Assembly: GCA_046563655.1 (NCBI GenBank) | Contig: CM102286.1 | Span: 11,532,001-11,596,000 of the forward strand | DNA: 64,000 nucleotides | Direction of reading: 5' to 3' | Source of the DNA: Yuukianura sp. NJ FZ-2021 | Taxonomy: Eukaryota | Shown: piece after piece, positions 26,990-37,010 of the stretch | Position numbering within the stretch: position 1 is the first letter of the stretch | How the letters are laid out: each line of letters opens with the position of its first letter | The notes under the pieces: generated by a model | Told to the model about the DNA's origin: nothing | Databases searched by the model: none | Seen by the model: the letters and a program-made list of their open reading frames with translations, nothing else | Position numbers and translations under genes: made by a program

Positions 26990-28007
26990 GCATGACCCAA
27001 CTAACAGCCAAGTTGTTTAACGAATTCCAATACAAATTATAGAAGTTGTTTTGATTAGAAAATAGACTTACGTGATTGTATTAACTAATACCTCAGAAAC
27101 AATTTAAATTCAATTTTTACTAAAATTGATATTATGTCATTCGAAGTAACAATTGCACTCTAATTTTTATTCACACAAACGACCATAATATAATAAAAGT
27201 TAAAAAGAAATGGTCGAAAAACCGAAAACTGAAAAAAAATTTTTTTTTATTCCTAAATTAGAAAAAAAAATAATTTATTTTACATAATTTTATTAAAAAT
27301 TTTTTATAATTTTTTTTATATTTTTAATGATTTTTGCAATCCATTAACACAATAATAACCTTTAATCACAAATATGCATGTTTGCCCATATGCGATGCGG
27401 GTGGACCCCGGATTGTTCACCTAATTCTAGAAGGGTTATTCATAATTAATGACGGTAGGGAAATGTAATGAAATTAACAACAACAAAAATTATGTTAATC
27501 ATTTGTTCTTTGTAGTCGTTTGTTTTCTGCAAATTAGTTCATTTTTGCACAAGTCATCCTAAAAATAGACGTTCGACTCTAGGTTTAGTCTTTTGTTGTA
27601 ACTCATTGTTTGTCTAGATTTACATCTAGTTAACTCGGCGCGTGTCGAGTCCCTATAAAAAGGGCTCGGCCGTGACCTCTCAATTCACTACAACTCCAAC
27701 TTTCAAACATAACGGAACTCTGTTCGTTCTGCGAACGAACCAGAGTTCATTCAACCCAAAAACTTTATTTCTGAATAAAAGTTATTTCTTTCTCCAAATA
27801 GCGAGCAACTTAGAAATAGCCTTCATTCCAGAACAACTAGATAGAGGCCATCGACCCTTCCTAGATAGTCATGGCGTTTTAGGAAGAGAAACGATCAAGA
27901 ATTAATTTACAAATAAGATAGAGATTGATTTGGCGGAGGTAGATGTTTCTTTGTTTGTTTTTTTTTGTTTATTTGTTTGGGTTAGAGTCGATGCGATGAG
28001 GGTTTAC

Positions 28008-28145
28008 GAGGGTTTCAAGAAATTGGTTCAAATGATCATTTTTAAACGGAAGACAATTCCGAAAGAAAATTTTCCATCGGGTGTTCTCGTACGTGCCAAT
28101 GAGAAAGGATGGATAAATGGAGATTTGATGGAAGATTGGAGGAAC
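28008..28145 (+). pseudogene. pogo/Tigger DDE_1 transposase remnant, continuation
   Basis: EGFKKLVQMIIFKRKTIPKENFPSGVLVRANEKGWINGDLMEDW matches pogo DG.KLPP.IIFKRKT.PK..FP.GV.V..N.KGWM. Confidence 0.75.
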
Positions 28146-28159
28146 AACTTTTTCAACAA

Positions 28160-28686
28160 TGAGGAACTTTTTTTTTTCAAAATTATCCGAAATTTCTTAG
28201 ATAAGACGCGTCTTGTAGTCAAGGAAATACGGTATATGGATTCAATTCCTATTATTGAAGGAGAAATTGATCATAAAATACCGAATTCTGATGCGGTGCT
28301 GCTGCGGAACAACGTTTTCAACCTGGTTGGAAAGTTTATGATACATGCCTGCATTCACAGCGGCATTGCATTCGTCGGTCTCAGCAAGGTCGTCTCAGAC
28401 TACGTGTTGGCGAGCTCCCCTGGTGTAGATTCAGGATTTGAAATAACTATTCAAGACGTCGCAGATCCGGACGTGAGGGATGCTTTATTGAAAGTAAGTT
28501 GGGTGCCCAAATTATTTTTCACGCCTAGACCTAGAAGCTATATAAACGCATTATTATTTGGATGAGTAGGTTGAGGCTTGGGACGAATCGAACTCTCCTG
28601 CAGATCGAGATTTGGCTCCAATCGAAACTATTCCTACTCAAGCTGAAATAAGCATGAAGATAACTTATGAAAATCGGCTTTGTTAA
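28160..28686 (+). pseudogene. HECT-domain (G2E3-like) E3 ligase fragment with retained intron
   Basis: IIEGEIDHKIP...FNLVGKFMIHACIHSGIAFVGLS...ITIQDVADPDVRDAL resembles the HECT N-lobe (F...G..I..S..HGG......LS; I.DV.D). GTAAGT donor at ~28494, then a short further exon. No catalytic C-lobe. Confidence 0.6.
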
Positions 28687-28694
28687 CATTTGCC

Positions 28695-29008
28695 AAAGAA
28701 ACTTACCGCCGTTTAAAGTTTTCCCGATTAACGTTTCGCCGTTTAAAGTTTCCCGATTAACTTTTCGCGGCTTAAATTTTCCCCTATTAACTTTTCGCCG
28801 TTTAAACTTTCCCCGATCAACTTTTCGCCGTGTAAAATCCCCCCAATTAACTTTTCCCCGTGTAAAGTTCCCCTAATTAACTTCTCCCCGTTTAAAGTTC
28901 CCCCAATTAACTTTTCTCCGTCTAAAGTTTGCCCGATTAACTTTTTCCCGTTTAAAGTTCCCCCAATTAACTTTTCCCCATTTTAACTTTCCCAGATTAA
29001 CTTTCCGC
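28695..29008. repeat. Subterminal tandem array, ~30-bp unit (2x15 bp), ~10 copies
   Basis: ATTAACTTTTCCCCGTTTAAAGTTCCCC-like units, related to motifs inside the TIR. Confidence 0.9.
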
Positions 29009-29202
29009 CAATTAAGTTTTCGCCAATTATTAAATTGGCGAAAGTTAAATTTTTTAATTGGGGAAAATTTAACTGGCGGGGGAAAGTTTAATTAGTTTTG
29101 CTACTAATATCCCTCCATACCTACCTGGTATAGTATTATTTCTTTCCTTATTCATGTTTCCTTATTGTATCTAGCTAAGAGTTGGAATACGTAGTCAAAC
29201 GT

Positions 29203-31237
29203 CTACTTTGACTTGTCCGAAATTGTGTATTTGGAGTACGTCTTGTTTGGGTCGTAAGGTTCCCACCTGGATGCGGGGAATATGTGCTTGTTCCTCTCAT
29301 ACCTGGTAAGAAAAAGAATTATGTATCTGGTAAGTTAAGTCAATTGTGAAAAAGTATTTACCAGTTCCGGATTAAGACCTTTCCGGCATGTGAGTCTTCT
29401 TTTTCACGACTGGCGTCGCTTTGTAGCCTGATGTCGTCGTTCGCAGTGAAAGCAAATAGAGGTCCGCTTTTCCCCCGAGCTTTTGTTACAATTAAATCGT
29501 AAAAGGAATAATGATGCGGCAAAATCAAATCCTCCTTCACGTACCTGTAATCAATAAAAGCATAGTAAAATAAAATTGCAAAAAAAATGTAATTACGCGT
29601 AACAAACTACTATTTTCCCTTCAACGTTTTTTGAATTAAGATGAAACCTTGGTTCCCCTCACATATGTAAGTAAAACTGTACCTTTTTATACTTTGATTG
29701 TCACATGATGCGAAGATGTGATTCACGCTCACATCTAGTATTTAGTTGGGTATATTTCAGTTTACGGGAGAGTTCACGCGTAAAAAAGAATAGCGTTTTT
29801 GCGTTTTACCGCAGTATGTTCAATTGGAGCGGAGATATGAAGGAAAATAGAAGCTAAGCGTCACGAAAGCTGGATTATGCGATTACAGAAAACGAACAAT
29901 TGTGAAGGGAAACGAATAATTTGTAACATAACGAATATGTGATATCTAACCTTAATGCAAGTTTAAATATTTCACTCCTACTGATTCATTTTTAGTGTTT
30001 CCAATAAGACACTTACATTAATTGGTCCGCCGTGACGCTTCTGAGTTCCCCAAATTCATCTCTCAAAGATTCCAGGCAGCGTTGCAGAAACTGGTAGATT
30101 GTTGTGCCTGTAAAGAACCAGAATATAACTTACTATTTAGTGAGTTTAGGTAATGACATTAAGTTTACCTTTCGACACTGTAATCACCCTACGATGTCCG
30201 GATCCATCCCAATAGCTGAATGTGACATCTATTTCCTCATTCTTCAAGGCCTCTTGTGCTGCTACCCATTCCTACTCCGGGAAAGCAACACAGCAAAAAT
30301 CAAATCATAAAAAACAAAGCCATCTTTACGTCAGCCGGTGCAAAGTCGCGCTACTTTAAGTACATTCCAGTTTATCGTTTCTCATAACATTTTTGTTGAG
30401 TTTTTGGGGTAACACCGCCCATTTGTATTGCGACTGATTTTAACCGAAATCTCACCTGCCTAAGGATTTCTCTTAGATGATTTTCTTCTTCCTCGCGCTT
30501 TCTATCCGGAAGGAAACTAGTATCCACGTCGGGGTTCTTTTTCCCGATTCGAGGTTTTTTTAACGGACAAGGTTTCGAAGCAGCCGCATCAGAATCAGAA
30601 GCGTCAACTTTCTCATCATCGTCTGCTTCAGATTCAGAGCCTGCGTCGTCCTCGTCCTCATCCCCTTCGTCTGCGGCAAATGACAGCGCTCGTATCTGCT
30701 TCATCTGTAGTTCCTTTTCAGCCCTTTTGGCGTGCAGTTCTTCTTGCTTCTTCTGCTCTTTCTTTGCTTTTCTTTGAGCTATTTTTATTTCTCGTGCCTT
30801 TATAACGGTATCTTGTTTTGCCTTCATTTCATCCAACGTTACTAGACCAATAGTGGAACTCTGGAAAGTAAAACAAGAAATGGTAATTACTTTAGTTAAA
30901 CAGTGAATCACTTTGCATGGGCTTGAATTCAAAAAGAAAAAAGTTAGAGTGACAATTCCTGTTCTATTTCGTTAGTAAATTAAATACAACAGAAGAGAGT
31001 TAATGTTTCTAGGAACAATCTCGGCAAATCATACCCAAATATATGAATAACGTTTACCTTCAGCTGAGCTTCAATGGCGTCATAGTGAACAGCAAATTTG
31101 TTTTCCATTTTATCAACTTTGAGTTCCTCCTCAATTTTTCTACGACGAACTTCGAGGTCGTGCGCTTCCTTTTCTCGCTTCTTCATTAATTGCTGAGCCC
31201 TCGAACCCTCACTCGCAGCTCCCTTGTATTGAGCCAT
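29203..31237 (-). CDS. FAM50A: FAM50/XAP5 homolog (6 exons)
   Basis: [83 protein letters not shown] and [18 protein letters not shown]. Confidence 0.95.
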
Positions 31238-32187
31238 CTGAAATTAATATATCGAAACTGAGTCTAAATTCCCCCAACGATTTTTAAGCGAAGTTTATAA
31301 AGATAAACTCAACAAACCTTAAGTAAAATGCTCGGCGGCTTTGGTGGTTTGAGTAATTGAAAATCCTAGTTCGTTCTTCGGTGGAGTAATAAAGGCAGCG
31401 TCCGGATGAGCTAATTACGATCTACGAATACACAAACATTTAGTAAAATGTCGGCTTTTTAAATAACAGCAACAGCAGCTTCAATCGACCTGTTCCGACG
31501 CCGAGTCCGAGTTGCGCCCGCCCACGGCCCACGGCCCAGGGCCCAGGGCCCACAGCAAGCAAAATTAAGATTTTCCCGAAAATAATCCGATAACTTCTCT
31601 TCCTTCTTCCGTGTTAGGTATTTTAGCCGTCGTATTGAATTGACTGCCCTCGGTAAGGACAAACTAATTAATGGGTTAAATCGGGTATTTATACTTTCGG
31701 TTGTGCTTATAAATCGGATCTGAACGGAGCGACAAGGACCTGGAAGGGATAAAAAAAAGAATAGGGAAACATATCAACGACGGGCAGTCTAATCCACTGA
31801 ATCCGCTGATCGTTCAAACTCCCATGCTGATTGCTTTGAATCGTGAGTCACGATTCGTGACTACGCGCAGTATAGGTTGTAACTTACAACTTGTAAAACC
31901 GGAGGTAATAAAGTAGCGCAAGCCAATGGGCGCACGATAGTGAATGTCGGCAATGAAAATCCATTATCTCTATCGAGCGACTTTTATCGTTCAATCGGTC
32001 AACGATTTGAAAAAGACGAATATGAATCTAAATGAAATTAAGCACGACTGGCGTGACATTGAATTTTAAGTTCATTAGAAAAAGACCAACCCGGACTCCT
32101 ACTTTTTTATTTTCCCACGACTCGAAATTAATTGATCGGATTGTTTAATTGAAATGAAAACAAAATTCTTCCGTACTTTTCAAATTT

Positions 32188-34280
32188 TTACATAGGTTTA
32201 CAACTGATTGGAAAACTTTCAAGTTCCTTGACGTCAATTCCTATGCCAAAGGATTTGGACTTGGATGGCACTGAGGGATGATTCGATTTCCCTGGTTTGT
32301 TAATAATTTCTTCTTTCTGGCATAGCTGAGAGGAAGATCTGTTGTGATTCATATGGGATGTTACTAGATGTCCAGCGCTCAGTGCACTCATCAGTGACAG
32401 CTCCCCGGCGAGTACTGCTGCACAAATGATACGGGCAAATGTTCTTGCATTTTCTCCGGGATTTTCCGGGTGAGGACCATCCACACCTAACATTTTGAGA
32501 CAAGCTAACTGCGGAGGGAGTACTGTTCCTCCACCAACAGTACCAACCTCGATGGAAGGCATAGTGCAACTGATGCGTAGGTCTTTTCCGTCTGTGCCAC
32601 AGCGTTCCATCATTGTCACGCAGTTGCTGCTACCAACGTTCTGGGCAGGATCCTGAAATATTCATTTTGTTATTAGGAATTGTGAAAAGACTAACTTTAT
32701 CTGAATGGTACACAAAAAAAAGTGCTGGCGATGGTGAAAGGCGGGTAGTTGATAGCAGTATGTCATTAATTGTAAATAAATGAAGAGAATAAAGCGGAGA
32801 ATAAATAAAATACATGTATATCTATGTTTCTAAATGTTTAGGTATATTTTTACCTGTCCGGTTGCGATAAAAATTGCCGTAACGATGTTCGACGCGTGAG
32901 CATTAAATCCTCCGATTGAGCCAGCCATAGCGGATCCTACATAGTTCTTTGCAATATTTAGTTCAATCAGAGCTTCGACGGATGTCTTAAGTAATTTCTC
33001 CACAACACTCCCCGGTACAACAGCTTCCGCGACTACCGACTTTCCTCTTCCTTCTATCCAGTTAACGGCAGCTGGTTTTTTATCAGTGCAGAAATTCCCA
33101 CTCAAAGCCAAAATTTCCATTTCTGGGAAAACATCGTCGCGTAATTTCTTGAGCATTACTTCTGTGCCTTTAGATATCATGTTCATTCCCATTGCATCGC
33201 CTGTTTTTGCTATAACTCGAATGTAGAGGTTTGTTCCTGCTATTGAGCAAGTAATTTTTTCGAGTCGAGCATATCGACTAGAAGAGTCAAAGTTAGTTTT
33301 GAGTTGGGACAAATTCTTCGGATCTTCCAGCCAAAGCATTGCTTCCGCTGCTTGTCTCGCACTTGGGAACTTCACAACCGGTCCTCGGCTCATTGCATCC
33401 CGTACAATTGTACTTTCTACGCCGTTGGTAGACAGAGCTCTGCATCCGCGATTCGTGCTTGCTATTAAACATCCTTCCGTCGTGGCCATTGGAATTTGAT
33501 ATGACTTCCCATCCACTATCAGTGGGCCAGCAACTCCCACGGGTACGGGAATAAAGCCAATTACATTTTCACAGCAGGCTCCTAAGACCTTTGAATAGTC
33601 GTATCGTTCGTACGGAAGGTTCGTTAGGATATCATGGTGAACACGATCAGGAGATTGTGGAAGAGCATCGCTTACAAGTTTCCTCCTTTAAAAATAGGAA
33701 CAAAAATTAGCATAGTAAATCATTTTAACGCGCTACTATTCATTAGTGTTGTTTGTTATAGTAGAATTCAGAATTGCAAAAATTGGAAAATTCGCTAAAT
33801 AAAATTCGCCAAATTAGTCTTCAACAAAGGTAATTAACACGACGCTACAATAGCATTGTAGCATCGTGTCGCATTGTCTGTCCGTTACAGAACAATATGC
33901 TATTTCTGAAAGTTAGGAGGTAGTTAGATCCGTGAGGACATGATTTCTCGATCGATTGAAGCGGCCCGCCCGCACAACTTTTTGAGGGAACACGGAACAG
34001 CTCATCAGCTCATGCAAAGGCATGAAACCCATGAAGAAAGATTAACTAGGCTTATATTAATGTAGGACGCTTGCCAGTCTCAGTGCCCACTTCTTCTAGT
34101 TCTAAAAAAACGTTTAGAAACTGACCTGATTGCAACTCCCCGCTCAAAGTCTCCACATACTTTTTCCAACTCATAGGTAGAGATGTGCTTCTCGCGGACC
34201 AACTGAACTATTTCATCATCCGATAAACACTTCGCGGAACCTTGAGCTCTGAAGGTAGCGAGCGCTTGGGAGGAAATCAT
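32188..34280 (-). CDS. HMGCR: HMG-CoA reductase (class I), catalytic domain only, 483 aa (exons 34280-34126, 33685-32854, 32652-32188)
   Basis: [69 protein letters not shown] and [12 protein letters not shown]. In-frame TAA (34302-34304) lies 8 codons upstream of the ATG. Confidence 0.93.
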
Positions 34281-34834
34281 TAGGTACTTTGCAGTTCCAA
34301 GTTAAATGTTGACAGGTCAACGTGTGTATTTGTGTATACTTGGATTTGGATCTGTACGTGTCCCACTCCCAACAATGACCAAGATCACCTGAGCAAATAG
34401 ACGTAAACTTCAATGTTCCGTTCCGTTAAGTTTCGAATTAACGTAATGAAAAACTCTTTTCTTGCTTATTCATTCTTACCTGAATCTGTCAGAATCTTTC
34501 TTCTAAAACTTCATCATTTAAAATCCTTCATTTGTCCCTGCTCGCAATAGGAACTGAGTGAGTACATATCGGATTAGGTTGGGGAGGCAGCAGACGACGG
34601 AAGATGAAGGACGAAGGAAATTATTTCAGGGAAAGTTAGATTCTATTCCACAGAAAGGGAGAAGAGCGAGCTGTGTTTTGTACAGTTATACAATACCATA
34701 CATCCCATAGTGGTATACTAATATTGCAATTGCATCATCGTTACGTGGCACACTAATCCTCTGGGTTGTCGGACTCCTTTGATGCCTGAGATTCGCGACA
34801 GCTTACTATCATTTTACTTACGACCAGATAAATT

Positions 34835-35146
34835 TTTTTTTTTTTTTCCAAAATATAAAAAAAGTTTATTATTCTCTGTTAAGGCATAAATACGCATTCA
34901 GAGACATTGAGCCTTAATTTAAAAACACTTGGATGAAACTTAAATACTAGAGATAAAATATTTCCAATAATTCTCTTCCGGGAGGAAGCGTTCCTAAGAT
35001 TGAGGCACAGTTGCCACGTTGCATTTCAAGGCTAATTCTCTGGAAAAGGAATGACGTGGCTTTCTGTTCCCCAGTGTAGTCAGCAATCCGTTGGCCAATA
35101 GACTTCAGTATCTTCAGACCTTCGTCTCCAATGACCCCGGATGATT
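34835..35146 (-). mobile_element. 5'-truncated non-LTR retrotransposon (CRE-like RLE C-terminus) with poly(A) and 9-bp TSD
   Basis: Minus frame ...KSIGQRIADYTGEQKATSFLFQRISLEMQRGNCASILGTLP...* followed by AATAAA and a poly(A) tract. AGATAAATT is duplicated at 34826-34834 and 35147-35155. Confidence 0.8.
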
Positions 35147-35373
35147 AGATAAATTCTATAAATGATTTGAAACGCAAACTCCCTATTCGTTATCGTTCCT
35201 GTGGTGTTTGTTCATTTTTTAATTCTTTGTTGAATTTCCGGGAATGTATGTTTTTCAAGAGGGAGATACGCCGGGAAAGCTTAATAAGCACGCACCGATG
35301 AGGCGCCCTTACTTAGGCCGTCAACTATGTTTGACGGGCCTATTTCAGTTTTCCGGAGATAACTTCGACATGC

Positions 35374-35575
35374 TCTAGCTTTTTGAAATTTGGAATTTTT
35401 TTATTATTATACTCTAAATTTCATATTAAATTTCTAGCTTTTTGAAACTTGGAATTTTTCTTATTATTATACTCTAAATTTCATATTTAATTTCTAGCTT
35501 TTTGAAATTTGGAATTTTCTTATTATTATACTCTAAACGTCATATTAAATTTCTAGCTTTTTCATTATATTATAC
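35374..35575. repeat. ~59-bp AT-rich tandem repeat, ~3.4 copies
   Basis: TCTAGCTTTTTGAAATTTGGAATTTT...TTATTATTATACTCTAAATTTCATATT repeated. Confidence 0.9.
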
Positions 35576-37010
35576 TTTAAAGTAAAAGTATTTGCTGGGG
35601 GTGAAGACACCACAGGATCAACCAGTAATTCATATCATGATATTACAACCGTTCATGACGAAATCATACGGAGAGCTTTATACACGAGGCGGTAATTGAA
35701 TTACCGCCTTAATTAATTGAATTTAATTCAGAAGTCGAATAGTAGAGACCGATTTCCAAACATTGTCAAACTCTCACCAGACCGCTACACGCGTTACATT
35801 CTCTCACTACAGTCTTTCACTAGTTTCGTGTATAACATTCCGGTACACCGCATTCATGGAATACGGAATATTTTTCCGTTTTGACCGTTATTAGAAACGG
35901 ATATTTATTCGCTTCGGTAAAATGCCTGTGTTCTGAAATACTCACTCCTCATTCCTCCGCAGTGAATGTAAAGATAATTGAAATATTTACAGTTTTTATT
36001 CAAATGTCTGTTTTTAAACAGTCCTTGTAATTTACTCATACCATATAGATAATTAACTAGCCCTTACGAATTCCATAATCGTAATAAAACAATAATAAAA
36101 CAGAGTTGCTGAATTATCATTCTTTCTGGCAAATAAAAAAAAACAACAAAATACACATTCATTTATGGCAGTAGAAAATTTTTGGCAGTTGCTAAATAAA
36201 TTATGAGACCTTGGATTGTATACGCTATTGAACACAAAGGAATAAATGTATCAATTGCTTACTAGTAAATGGAAATATAATATAAATGATAATAATAATG
36301 ACAAAACCTTAAATACGCCAGGGATTGCACTTTAGTTTGGGAATTGCTTCCTTAAATTATTAAATTATTTGAACTATTTTACATTTCCTTAAACCCCGCG
36401 TTTAATGGTTCAAGTAAGCAGTGCTGTTCAGGAGAGGACAAATTGCCTTTCTCCGATCACACTGCTTACATCATTCGACCGCGCTTAAATTATGAATGTA
36501 TCCGGATGGACAAACATACGTAATCAAACTCTATGATTGATTTCCACGGTGGAAATCCCACCCCCTAACGACGCATACTTGGAGTTAGCAATGATTTCTG
36601 TTTTGCGATAGAATTCGCTGCTTAGTGTCAAGGTGAAACAGAGTATTGATTGAATCAAGGTTTGTGGCGTCTTCCAGATGCAACTGATCCCCCAAGGAAA
36701 TAAAAGTTAACATGGCAACAGAATTTCCTATGTACACGTACATTCTCTGCAACTTACAGACTGCAAGCAAAGCAAAGGCACCTTCTTAAAACTCGATTAA
36801 AGCTAATTTATGCAACCACATTGTCTGTCTGTTCTTCGGTCCGTCAGGCGTCGTTTGTTTCTGTAATGTCAAAGCAGGGAATTTTTCAGAGTTTCCTCCA
36901 AATATACGTCATTTTGCATTCCATCCTATCCATAAATATCGACGTGAATTTACCCCTCAATAAAATTCGTACCTAACTAAAAGTATTACACTAACTTGAC
37001 GCAGTTATTG

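Larger units (their letters stand above)
17828..29118. mobile_element. 11.3-kb long-TIR DNA element (Mutator/foldback-like) with nested cargo
   Basis: 110-bp TIRs at 17828-17937 and 29009-29118 (6 mismatches). Direct repeat ACCTACCT at 17820-17827 and 29119-29126 (9-bp TACCTACCT if the right end is 29117). Subterminal tandem array at the right end. Confidence 0.85.

Noticed and set aside
1332..34280. ERG28 + HMGCR as a sterol/isoprenoid gene cluster
   Set aside because: They are 30 kb apart, separated by unrelated genes, and no other pathway gene is in the window.
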